Part shown: piece after piece, positions 39,158-51,144 of the stretch
How the letters are laid out: every line of letters starts with the position of its first letter
Position numbering within the stretch: position 1 is the stretch's first letter
Source of the DNA: Zygnema circumcarinatum SAG 698-1b
Lineage: Eukaryota; Plantae; Zygnematophyceae
Direction: 5' to 3'
Assembly (NCBI GenBank): GCA_037447605.1
Contig: CM074804.1
Coordinates: 7,355,909 to 7,419,908, forward strand
DNA: 64,000 nt
The notes under the pieces: generated by a model
Seen by the model: the letters and a program-made list of their open reading frames with translations, nothing else
Databases searched by the model: none
What the model was told of the DNA's origin: nothing
Position numbers and translations under genes: made by a program

Positions 39158-41930
39158 TCAATTTCCCTTCAGCTTCATCTGAAACACGATGCCTTCATGA
39201 AAGCCATTGTCAACAGGTATCCGCAACGCTTCTTGAACATCCAAGTTGTGTGAGGCTGCCAAGGCCGAAAGCATCTTCCCAATGCTGCACACATACAACG
39301 CAATGTTGGAAATCACAAACCATTTTCTGCTACTCAATCAACCTTGCATTTCTAGGGAAAGAAAGTTCTTTCCCCATAGACACCAGCAATACTGCTCAGA
39401 CAAAAGGGAACTGGCAACTGCATCCGTGTTTCGATCTGCATAGGACGGACATACGCACAAGTAAATAAAAAGTCTGGAAGTAACCCAGCTGCTCAAGAGA
39501 GGAGGGAATGCAACTTTAGAGTCTTTAGGGCTACTCACGAGTTCCATCTTGTGACGTATCCAAGAATGAAGCAGGGGGGCCTCGCAGGCCTTCCTTTCAT
39601 GATCGCCACAACTGTATCGAAAAGTAGCCCTAAGCTTTCATGCTGGTAACCTATGCGTAGTAGTAGGTCAAGGCCTCAGCGGATTCAGCCAAATATGCAT
39701 TCCACAAGTGCTGCATAGAAGGTCAGTAAGTGGCCTAAATCCCTCACCATCTCGTCCTAGGAATGAAGGGAAGAAGGGAAGGATACAGATGTCAGCTCCT
39801 AAGATAAAGTCGAAGCCCTCGGGATGCTTTTCAAGAATGGACTGAATATGTTCCTCGTTGCCCCAGTTAAGCTTCGCACATTCCAGTGATCCTGTACAAG
39901 GGATGGTGCATAAAACACGGAGTACAGTCAAAGCATTGAAACAAGCAAGCATTCTCATAAAGCAATAGGTTCAATCAATATGGCACTCATACCATACGTG
40001 CATCTTTTTATTTCTTGATGGTTCCCCAATGGACCAGAGATACAAAGATGATACCCATTAGAAAGAATCTCACCATGTGAGCCAGCTGTATAGGGACCAT
40101 TTCTTGATCTCTGAAGCTCTGCATTTCGCTCCATCACCTAGAAAAACTCTCTCCAATAGATACAGTTCAAAAATTCTGAAATAAAGCTTTGGCCATTCGT
40201 CTAGTTCGCACGCTTAGCTCCAATCTTTGCATAGCCATTGCCAACCTGAACCAATCCTTTGGAAAGCACGCCATTACAACAACATCGAATACGAACCCTT
40301 TCACCTTCAGAACGGTGTCATTGTGGTCCGTCATCACGACTTTGGAGCAGAATTTTGAACATAGAATCCCTGTGAGTCCTGAGACAGCATAGAGCAGGAG
40401 TGGTCCAATGATAGGCTCAAAAGAAAGACCTAAAAACCAGCAGACGGTGAAGCTTAAGACTCAGCTGTGCCTTAAATCTTAGTCCTTTAGTTCCAAACTG
40501 ACTGATTTAAGTGAAATGCAGTGCTCGACGATGAGAGCAGACGCCCCCCCCCCCCCTCTATGATCTATCCTCCATCAAGTGAAATATTTTGAAGTTCTGA
40601 CTACTGCTATAATGTTGCCTCACCAACTCCGGAGCCAAGTTCAAGAATCGACGCTCCTGCAAAATCCTTCTCGTGTTGGCATAGATAATCGTTTAATACT
40701 TCAGCTCCAATCCAAACCAGCTGTCCTGTTAGATCGAAGTCGGCTGCAAGAGCAGATCACAGCACCAGCAGCTCGAGAGTTATTTGAATTTCTGTCATGC
40801 GCCGACGTTTCATTCCATGTCCGTACATCCAAAAAACAAAAAAATCTGCAGAACAAGAAATTCCATTCGTTTATATATACCAATTGTGAAAAAAGTCTAT
40901 TTTGTCACTAATATCCATCAAAAGGTATAAAATGTTGAATCGAATTGAAGATGAGTTGCAAACAGAAAAAAGTCAAGGCAAAGTTGCTTCTTTGCAACTG
41001 ACACGAATGATAGGCTTTGTAAGACTGTAGATGACGTGAATTCTTAGCAAAGCCTTCTCTGTCCAATTATGCTGAAAAATGTCTACCTGCACTGAAAACC
41101 TTAAGTGCCAAAAGAAACAATGAGACACCACCATTTTCTACTGAATGGCACAATCATGCAAAGGTCATATTCTCCTGCATGCACGTTAAGCAGAGGGTAA
41201 AGTTTTGCAGGTTTGCCAACAGCCAAGGTGCCTACTTGACGACGCTTGCAGGGAGTAGGCGGAGAGAGAAAATCCTCCAATGTGGTAATCTCGAAGGACA
41301 TAGCTGAATGGATATTTAAGATGAGAAAACTAAGTCAACTTTGCTCAGAACAAGGACAAATAATCCGGTCTAGGGTTTAGCCTTTGGGCACAGGCTGTTA
41401 TCAGTTTTCTCAAGCAGAGTTACGACTCTGCTTTCAGGTCTATCTGTTGATATTTGGGAATGTCCTCACTTAAACTGGTTACGGTTAGGTGAAGTTTCAA
41501 CGTTGAGACATGTCGTTTAAAGTATACATCCAGTTCTGACCAATCAATGCCTAGAAATGCAAACGGATTGAATGTTGATAAACTATGGAGCCTGAAAGGA
41601 TTGTAGAAGTGCGATAAGGCATGCCGCCACTGTTCATAACTTCGAGCATGCAACAGATTTTAGACTCTAGCCTCACTTCACTTCAACAAGTACTCATGTA
41701 ATTCACAGTTCAAATCTAAAACGATAGCAAGATCTTTGGTCGAGGTGGTTTGGAATAACATCTTAAGGAAAGCTGGAATGGCTTTACCTTTCATCCACAA
41801 AGAGAGAAGATTCAAAATATGATTCTGAATCCAAAGCTTCTCTCTCTGCACCGGCGACCTGCTCGTGAATTATTCTCCTTTCATTCGTGTCCTCCTCTTG
41901 AACCTGGCGTGATTCTCTCATCGCCTCCAT
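39158..41930 (-). CDS. Seven-beta-strand protein-lysine methyltransferase (METTL21-like, At2g26810-type), multi-exon
   Basis: DFDLTGQLVWIGAEVLNDYL...ILELGSGVG; GILCSKFCSKVVMTDHNDTVLK; AKLNWGNEEHIQSILEKHPEGFDFILGADI; C-terminus ...GFHEGIVFQMKLKGN*. The start exon (MEAMRESRQVQEED...) is tentative. Confidence 0.78.
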
Positions 41931-42252
41931 TATCACCAGCGATAATTTCAAAGCTCTGGCAGCACTCTGAAATCGCAGCAGGAATTTTGCCCTAACGAGA
42001 GATTCACGTTCGATTGCAGAATTGCATTGAAACGCAACAACGATCGCTATGTCTGAATCGCTCCTGCGTTCAAGAAACCGTCTAGAAAATGATCTGCAGC
42101 AAACAAGGAGAATGGAAGGAGGCTGCCAGTTTTCAAAACGGTGAATTCACTCTCAGATTGAATGCAGGCTGACGAACATCAATCCATGGAGTCTCAGGCG
42201 CTTACGTTATGGCATCCGTGGAGGGCCCGTGAGTGAGGAAACGGGAGGGAGA

Positions 42253-44945
42253 ATGTTCGCAATCCGAGCACTGGCTAGCTCGCGCTTGTGTTCCCTTCCC
42301 TGCTTGAACAGCTTGGCCAGACCGTCTGAACGGTTTCTGAAGCAAAAAAGCAACGCTGAAGTAGCTTCCAGCTACCCTACGCTCTTGCACAGGTGTGATA
42401 ATGATAAATATGTTGTGTGAGGGAAGCCGCGCAAGCTTGAAGAATTAGGCGAGCATGTTTTAGACGTCTGGTGTGTCGCAAGTCTGCAATTTTGCGTGGA
42501 GTATTCCGTCTTAAGGCATTCTCTCCATGCTTTCTTCCTTGATGTTCATGGTGTCTGAGTAGATGAGCAGTGGTCACCGTGAAGACAAACTGTACCTCCC
42601 TTTGCTTGAATGAAATGAAGGAGAGAATATCTGCGTCAAAAGAATGACTTTTACAGCATGTCTTTTGGGTTTGATGCTGCATTGGCTGGATGGAGTATTG
42701 GATTAGAGTTCGTAGTAAAAAAGGCCATTGCAGACCAATGAACGGCTTACTGAGGATTTTTCAAAGCTTGAAGCTAAGGAAATGAAAAGTATAAAAAGGC
42801 GTTGATGGCAAGACGGATGGCCTAATGTACGAACAAATGAGCGCATTTTTATCACTCAGGAAATTGGAGGGGACAAACAACAGCGGACTGACGTGGATAT
42901 CCTCTGCTCACTTTATGTTGGTCTACAACATTTGATCGATCAAATACGTTATCATAAAGTTGAAGTTGGAGTGAATTCGCGTGCATTGTTGTGAGATGTA
43001 CAGCGGGGTTTGGTGGAGTTCAGGTTGATCTCGGAGAAATCCACTAAAGCAATGGCTGATCCTGAAGGCAGCACAGCTAACCTGGAGCCTTCACAACGAT
43101 CTCCAATGGATACGCTTTTCAACCAAAAAAAGGTTCTTCGAACACTCGTGAGGCAGAAGCTTCGCCAGCTTCCATCGGAGCAGCGAGCAGTTGAAGGTCA
43201 GCATCTGACTTACGCCAACAAACTTAATATGCATAGAGTTTGACATTTTATGTGCGGAGCAATGGGACCCTATGTATATGCAGATCCTGCTTCTTGTTGT
43301 CCAGCATATCTCGGCAGATATGGTTAGTTTACAAGATATCGATAGTTCAATGGTTATGTCGGACTAAAGCACTATGCTTGATCTATAAATCATTGTGTCA
43401 TTCGGATCTTTTTTTTGGTTCTATGTGATGATGTTACTCCAAGCAGATTAATCATTGTGGGCAATGTCAGTCACCTTGCAGATGATGCAGTGCAGCAGCA
43501 CATCCTGGCAGCAGATTGGTTTCAGAAGAGTCAGAGAATATGTGCCTACATCAGCTGCGCTTCCCTTCGAGAGGTAGCCACCGACACACTTCTTGCTCGC
43601 ATCTTGGAATCACACAACAAGTCGCTCTATGTGCCACGTGTCCAAGACAAACAGAGCCACATGTGCATGCTCCGAATCCGCAACACAACGGAAGATGTCG
43701 CAGCCAACAGCATGGGCATCATGGAGCCCACACCCATCCTGCCAGATGGGACCCCCCGCGATGATTGTAAGTATAAGAAGCCTCCTTTTCTCGAATGCTT
43801 TTCTCTTTTTTGTGGAGGGAGGGTCTCAGAATCCTTGGGATATGTGGCTACATGTCACAGTTATCGACAGTGGAGCACTAAACTGGATTGTCCAGTTTCG
43901 GAATAGGCATATCTGAGAATGTGGATTTTGCGGGTGTCTGGGTGCAGTGCTGTCTGCAGAGGAGCCTTTGGATCTATTGCTTCTTCCTGGTATCCCACAA
44001 AATCTCTCCTTTCTTTTTGTCTCACATACCTGCACGTTTGTTCCCAAATCACGGGCCACTAAGTGGAACCCAACATGTACAAGTCCAAACTCGAGAGGTC
44101 GACGTTGACCTCTCGAGTTGGCACATGTTAAGTTCCACATGTCAGTTTTTTCAGGGTTGTGATTGATCCACTCAAGCCGCATGATCTCCACTGCAGCCAT
44201 GCATTCTTAACATCATCGATCTGCTGCAATTTGCAGGACTTGCATTCGACCGCCTCGGTGGTCGTCTTGGTCGTGGAGGAGGGTGAGGCTTTCCAACCAT
44301 GGGCAGTGAAAAGGTTAGGGTCAGTGTTAGGGTTAGGGTCAGGGTCAGGGTTAGGGTTAAAATAGCTGAACGTGGTGTCTTTATGGAGCTTCTGTATGTT
44401 GAAGTTTTCAAGGACTTCGAGTTGCCTTGCTGTACTGCTCAACTCAGCACTTTGTAGTGAACATCGGTTCATTGTCAACTCGTGGTTTTCATTGATGTCG
44501 AAATTCGTGTTCGAACTTTATTCCATGAGATAGCCCTACACTTACCAAGATTGTCGCTGTCCTTTTCTGCTGGGTCAGATACTACGACCTGTTCATTCAG
44601 ACGTACTTGGAGCGAGCCAAAAGTAAAGGATGGCGCAGGCCCCTGCTAGGTACTTCTACCGAGCAGATGTTCCCTGCCATTTATTGTTGTCCCACGCTTG
44701 ATAGTTTTATCAGAATACCAAATAACGAGAGAAATTTCATCCACATGAGCTTTGACCCGTCTCCCTGCCTCCAACTTTCCTTGTTTCTTTCTTTGTTGAC
44801 AGTGGCCCTCTCCTACAAGATACAGATACAAGAGGAGGCCATCCCCATGGACCAAACGGATGTGCGGGTGGATGCCGTGATGTCAGCAGACGGCCTGCTC
44901 ACGTTTGCACGCAAAGAGGAGCCAGTCCTTGGACCCAGCCTTTAA
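42253..44945 (+). CDS. MTHFS: 5-formyltetrahydrofolate cyclo-ligase, probably with a mitochondrial presequence, multi-exon
   Basis: QKKVLRTLVRQKL; ICAYISCASLREVAT; LYVPRVQDK; NSMGIMEP; DLLLLPG|LAFDRLGGRLGRGGG|YYD; VALSYKIQI...IPMDQTDVRVDAV. The putative exon 1 MFAIRALASSRLCSL... joins in phase to LISEKSTKAMAD. Confidence 0.9.
44315..44359 (+). repeat. Telomere-like hexamer tract T(T/C)AGGG in a 5-FCL intron
   Basis: TTAGGG TCAGTG TTAGGG TTAGGG TCAGGG TCAGGG TTAGGG TTA. Confidence 0.8.
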
Positions 44946-45996
44946 CGTTTCGAAGTTTTAGGGGATCCCCACGATGCATATTCTTCAGGAGAGAGATGAA
45001 GTGCTTGGTTTCGGACATTGACTTCAAGTCCTCTGTACAATGGTTATGATAAAAAACGAAATGACAATACAACGGCTTTTTGGCCCTCCAGACAGGTGTG
45101 GTGGAAGTGTGAAATGGCTTTTGTGAGTACAGCAGGGGAAGGCAATCCTATGCCAAGACAGTATTTGTCTTTGCAGAGCAGAATTGGTGTACAAGCCCTT
45201 CCATGGAGCTTCGCGTTTCTTATGTGCGTTCAAAGGTGGCGCTCTTCCTTTTACCCCATTCTCTCGTCCCGGTCTTGGCTCCCACCGCCGTGCCCATCTC
45301 TTGCTTACTTTTTGCTGTGCCGAAACCTCCGCTTCTTCTATCGTGTGTGGTGAAAGTAACCCTCAACCAGTGCAAGCCCAGGCCTGAGTGCACCGCAAGC
45401 GGTTGACCAAGAGTCAACGTTTGGCAACATCATAGGGCAACACCAAAGCTCCAGCCCCCCCAAACCTTCCTTCCTTCGCGTTCCATTCCTTTTCTTCCAG
45501 TAATTGGGTGGTTTCTTCACAACGAAATGTGCAGAACGAGAGGGCAATGTTTCATGTATTCGCAACTAACTTTGAAAGAACTACAAAATAAGAAGAACGC
45601 ATCAAACAGCCCTTGTTTGAAGCAGCGAGTCGAGCAGCATGTCTGCTAACCTCGCAGCCGTGAGTAATAGAGCAAAATCACAGATCACAAAATGTACAAT
45701 GGTCCTCCTCTCACTGCGTGCAGCCTGCACACAATGTCACATGTTTGCTCTCTATGGGCACATATGTGCGCTCAAGATAAGCAGACACATGCTCACCATG
45801 GGCACTCGCCTGTATCAAAACCAGGGTTTGACTTCTGTATGTATGCGTCTACCCCCACCCCCCCAAAAGTATAATATCTATCTCTCTCGTGTCTCTCGCT
45901 CCTCCGTTCCAGAGGAGGAGCCCCCTGCTGTCAGCTTGTGGAGGCCGAACAAAATCACTGCCTGGAGGTCCAGCGATACATTTACTAAGCGCAGGG

Positions 45997-48900
45997 CTAC
46001 TGGGGGTTGAAAGGATCAACATCGTTGCTAGGCAGAGAAAACGGAGCTCCCTATGAGACGCCGCGCCCTTTAGGGCAAACGGATGGATGCATTTCGCCTA
46101 CAAAAAAGACACACTTTGGACTTACTGTTGACGCAGAGGAGGGGAGGCCCCCATGTCCTGTACAAACGGCAGGATAGTGATAGGTTCAAAGGGGAGCAGA
46201 CTCGGGGGAGGCGGAGAGGGAGAGGGAGGCGGAGGAGGAGATGGAGGCGGAGGGGGAGAGGGAGGCGGCGGGGGAGAGGGAGGCGGAGGAGGAGAGGGAG
46301 GCGGAGGGGGAGAGGGAGGCGGCGGAGGAGAGGGAGGCGGAGGGGGAGAGGGAGGCGGCGGAGGAGAGGGAGGCGGAGGAGAGGGAGGCGGAGGAGATTG
46401 ACGAGGAGGAGGCTTTGGACTCCCCCCACCCGACCCTGAACAGGACCCGCAGCTCCCTGAAAAGCAGCACTGCCCCGCAGGACAGGGGTAGCCGCTGTAT
46501 GCCGCCCCGCAGCTCCCCTCCGGCACCCCGAACCCGTTGCTGCATTCTCCCGCGACGGGGTTCAGCAGCTGCTGCGTGAAGTAGAGCGCCCCCCCGCTGC
46601 CCTTCACGGTGTAGTTCCGCCCGTCGCCGCTCCCCTTTACGGCGAAATAGTTCCGGCAGTGGTCACCCGCCTCGCCCCCGTCGTAGGTGCTCGTGAAGTC
46701 GACCCACGAGCTGATGTAGGGGTCCGTGGAAGACTCGCTGAGCTCGTGGAAGAGGGTGGAGATCATGCCGTCAACGCCTATGTCGCCGTTGGGGGCTTGG
46801 AACCACGGGTATGCGCAGCTGGTCACGCACTGCAGGGGAAATGGGGGGAGGGGGGGAGAGAGAGGGGGGAGGGGGAGGGGGAGCGGGAGAGGGGAGAGAG
46901 GAGAAGAGGAGGGAGAAGGGAGGGAGAGAGGAGAGGGAGAGGAGAGAAGAGAGTGGAAAGTAGAGAGAGAGGAGAGAGGGGAGAGAGGAACGAGAGAGAA
47001 TGGAGTGGGAGGAGAGAGATGGGGAAGCGGAAGAGGAGGACGAATAAGTCAGGCCATGGCGATGAAGGCTGCATCTGAGTTTTGCGGCATCCATACAAGA
47101 GATAATAGACTGCTTTGAGTCGCCATTTTCATTCCGTCAACTAAAGTATGCACTGCCCTAATGGCACGACGAGCATACGACCCCAAAAACGTGCACGAAG
47201 TGGAAATGAGTGGTTAGCCGGCTGACCTGCGTCTCCGGATTTCCCACCCAGACCATCTTCCCCCCCCACGAGTTGGACGTGTGGTAGCCGCAAATGTACG
47301 AGCAGAAGTCCTGCACTTGCGTGCCTGCGTCCGTGAGAACTACGTAGATGGCGTCCAGGTTCCGCGGGAACGCGCCGGCGGCAACCTGCGCATGCATGCA
47401 TGCAGCGGCAGGTAAGACAAGGAAGGAAGCACGCCCTCAGTACAGGGTGCAGGACAACGAAAAGAAAACTGGGCATCCTTCTAATGAAGGAACATGCATC
47501 TCCTCGTCGATGCAATGCGACTTCCTTTCATCCCAGTTTTCGGATCAAGTATTTTCTTTTTAAAACTAGAAGAAACTGAAAAGTAGAATCTTTAATATAT
47601 TTCTACTACGCTGGCATACCGAGCTGTCGATGGTAGCCCAAAGCTGCGAATGCTGAACATTGTTGCCATAAGGGCTCCCAACGCTTGCTTCCCCCTGCAA
47701 GCAAGCAATGGTAGCAAACAATTGAAGGTTGAATAACAAAGTCAAGAACCTAAACTTCACACTGTAAAAGAAACGCTTCAAAAAAGCTTCAAGTTTCACC
47801 CTATGAAACTTCTTGACCCCAACTCTTAATCTCTCCGTAATCCGCACCTCAACCTAGTCATTTGAACCAAACCTACGACCCTAAATTACACCTCAAAACG
47901 AACTCCTCCACTCCGAACTACCCACTTTAGACCGGTCCAATCTGTACCCCACGATCCCTATCCTACTCCAAAAAGAGCGACCTCCAAAACCAATGCAGGG
48001 CAAGCGCTATGGTTCGAACCCCGAGAGTGATCTCCCCCGAGACGTGGTTTCCCTCCGAGTCATAAAAAAGCTGCGCCACATTCCAGAGCTGCGCAGCGCT
48101 GTCCGGAGTCTGCTTCATGCTCTCGTCTCCGAGGGAGCGAATGAACCCGCGAACAATGCTCTTTTGGCTCTCCTTCCAGCTCCCATACCACACAAGGTAT
48201 ATGGAGATCGGGTTGTGCAGGACGGGCCCCCCATGATAAGGAATGTTTTTGGGGGGCAGGTTGGGCCCTCCGGGAGTCGGAGTGAGGTCCAAAGGCGAGA
48301 GGGAGTCCAAGGCTTCTCCTCCTCCTCCGAGGCTTTGGGGATCGGAGAGAGAGGAGAGGGAGGAGGCCTGCTCGGGGGCGGTGCCGGAAGCTTCGAGGAA
48401 GGAGGTGTGGGAGTGGATCAAGCACACCCCAAGTCTCGACCGTTTCGCATCATCACCTGCGGAGGGGTGAGGGGGGGTCAGACAGAGGAGAGGAGAGGAG
48501 AGGGCTGCTGGGAAGGGCAGCTCCATCTGGAAACCTGCATTGACTCGCATTGACCTGCGTTGACTTACGTTGACTCGCATTGACCTGCATGGACTTGCAT
48601 GGACCGAGGAGGGCCCACCTGGGCCGGCGGTCGTCTGTGGAATTGCGAGGGTGGCGGAGCCGCGCAGCTTCGTCGCTGCTGCCGGCTGGGGTGCTGTGAT
48701 TGGGGGGGGGGGGGACACGTGTCAGGCTTAGTGGGCCTCCGGGAGGAGCGCATGAGAGGGAGAGGAGAGCGACAAGAGAGAGAAAGAGAGAGAGGAGAGG
48801 GAGGGGAAGGGCGGGGAGGGAAGGGAAGCGTAGACCGTGGGAGGGAAGAGAAAACTTGGGGAGGGGGGGGAGGAAGGGGAGGGGTGAGGGAGGCGGAGCA

Positions 48901-49367
48901 AGGTAAGGGACACTATGGATGGCAGTGAGGCAGGCGAATCCTCCCTTCCAAATAGACGGCTTGACTTCAATTCAGCGCAAGAACCGAATAAACTTCTTAA
49001 ATGGAGAAATTTAAACGTGCGCTGAAAAATTCCTCTCATTCAGAAGAGGAGCATTTCTCAATGCGGAGGCGGAGGAGGCTCCTCGTGCTCTAAACAAAGG
49101 GGAAAAAAAAAACTCCAAAGGGGGAAAACTTTGAACTTGCGCTCCTCCATACATTCGAGAGAGGAGGCGGAAACGGGCCCTATTTCCCGGAAGCTGCCGC
49201 CAAGGAGGGGACACGTGGCAGGCAGCGAGAGGAGGGCACTGACCTCGCTGGGAGGCCTCCACCCGCCCCACGGTGGGGCCCACCATGAGGACTGCAAGGA
49301 CAGCTGTCACCACGAGATTCGCTGCCGAGGACTGCCGCCACCTCCGACCGGAGGGCGGAGGCGACAT
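45997..49367 (-). CDS. Secreted EXORDIUM/PHI-1-like protein fused to a Cys-rich hevein-like motif and an SPPPP extensin-like stalk
   Basis: Exon 1 signal peptide LVVTAVLAVLMVGPTVGRVEA. PHI-1 motifs YHGGPVL...ISIYLVWYG, IYVVLTD...FCSYICGYH and WVGNPETQC...APNGDIGVDGMISTLFHELSE. Then CGAAYSGYPCPAGQCCFSGSCG and (SPPPPP)n. The end is either TAA at 46122 or, via CA|GTAAGT, a last exon HNDVDPFNPQ* ending at 45997. Confidence 0.78.
48537..48606. promoter_or_regulatory. 10-bp tandem repeat (7 copies) containing five W-box hexamers, in intron 1 of the EXO-like gene
   Basis: Units GCATTGACTC GCATTGACCT GCGTTGACTT ACGTTGACTC GCATTGACCT GCATGGACTT GCATGGACCG; TTGAC(C/T) at 48540, 48550, 48560, 48570 and 48580. 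Confidence 0.6.
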
Positions 49368-49616
49368 TTGGGACAGAGAGAGAGAGAGAGGGAGGGAGCG
49401 AGGGGAGGGAAGAAGAGACACAGGAAGCGAGAGGGAGCGAGAGTGGAGAGAGAGAAGGAGAGTGGAGAGAGAGAGGGAGAGTGGAGAGAGAGAGGGAGAG
49501 CGGTAGAGAGAGGGAGAGAGCTCTGCGGGAGTGTTCGCAGAGACGGCGGCGCCCTCCCTCTTGTCAGCGCCGCGCGGCACGTCCGCCGGCGGCCGCCGAG
49601 GGCCCACTCGCTCGCC

Positions 49617-49985
49617 GCCACGTGGCGCTCCTTTTCACCCGCCGCGGTCCAGGGGCCCTGCCGTCCTCAAAACAGAAAAAGTATATTTATTTTCGATTCA
49701 ATATGGGATACTTGGTAAGCCCTGTACTGGCTCGGACTGGCTGTGACGGGTCAACTGTCGGAGATTCAGTCAATGGGGTTCCTCAGGGTGTCCGTTGCGC
49801 CGACATTGTTCGTACAATCGAATCTATTACTTTGGCTACGCGTCGCGCTCTCATTGGTGCCTTACGGTCACCGATCCGGTCCCACTAACGATCGGTTCCA
49901 CGTGACGTGCACCCATTGGCTTACAGGGACCGTCACACGTGGAAAGGCGTTCCGTGATTGGCTGCGCGGCGGCTGCTCTGATTGG
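49617..49985 (-). promoter_or_regulatory. Promoter of the EXO-like gene: G-boxes, four CCAAT boxes, TATA-like element
   Basis: GCCACGTGGC at 49617; CACGTG at 49899 and 49936; CCAAT on the minus strand at 49853, 49915, 49957 and 49981; TAAATATA at ~49682-49689 (minus). Confidence 0.5.
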
Positions 49986-51144
49986 GTGCCGCTGAAGGTG
50001 AAAGGCGCCGAGCGGGCAAGCCACGACGAGTTGGTGGAGCGGCGGCCTTTCCATGGAGGCTGTTGAACGGCGAGACGGCCTACGTGGACGTCCGAACCCG
50101 TAGAACTGTTACATTCGTAATAACGCATAGAAAATAAAATGGCATTCGATCTCTCCATGGGGGTGTCGTCAAATGGCCAAGGCCATGGCCATGGACATGG
50201 ACATGGACATGGACATGAATTTCATGGATGTTATGGACAAAGGCAAAAGGTAGTACAGTACCAAAGGAGAAGCGGTCACACATGACCCAGGAATGGAAGG
50301 CAAGCTTTGAGCTGAACTCTGCTTGTAGGCCCCGCAACAACACGGGCTTTAGAGGCTGCCGGTGTACCAGGGGTTTCAGACTTGCTTGGGCAACGGTATC
50401 AAATCAGGAATTGCTTGCTAGAAATTCTGACCCTGGACAGTGGCAATTCGCAGTAATCAGGGTTGGCTTTGCTGTGTTACGGAGTCCCCTCACTGTCACC
50501 TTTAGCTACATCTACGTCCTACGAGGTTGGTACTTAGTGGGCCGTGCCATACAGAGGAACCTTTAAGACGTTCACACATCGCCTGGCAACGCGTTTTCAC
50601 GGACAGGGTTTCTTTTTTTCGGGAAAAAATAGTTTTGTTTATTTTCTGGATGGCAACAGTGTGCATGCGAATAGCTCCAGACTGGAATGAAAAACTTCAC
50701 TCGCCAAGGCTTGCAGGTGTACAGACATTGGTGAGTACACCTTTTCAGCGAATGGGAGATCCGCGTTGCACACATCTCCAGTCGAGATTCCCTTACAAAC
50801 GTTTTGCTTTGCCCGAGCTGAATAGTATTGAGCACAATGACAAGACGAGTCGCCAAATGGCCCTGTTCCGCATACATTGGCATACAATTCGGCGAATCGT
50901 GCTAAGATGCCATTTGGCGTGTCCTTATTGGAAACGGTTGACTTTTACCCCTTGTCGCTGGCTTCAAAGCCGGAGCTGCAATTGCGGGCGATTCCCCCGC
51001 TTCTTCTGAACTCCTGATTCAGACTCAGGTCATAGCCAGGCTCTAATGTCTATATACAAAGTAACTACAGTTGAAAACATCCCCCATTCCATTTACAACA
51101 ACTAAACTGACCAACAGGTAAACTGAACTAGAACTGCCATCACC

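Noticed and set aside
50181-50217. (CATGGA/CATGGC)n hexamer run that reads as a His-rich peptide on the minus strand
   Set aside because: A simple microsatellite with no surrounding coding evidence.
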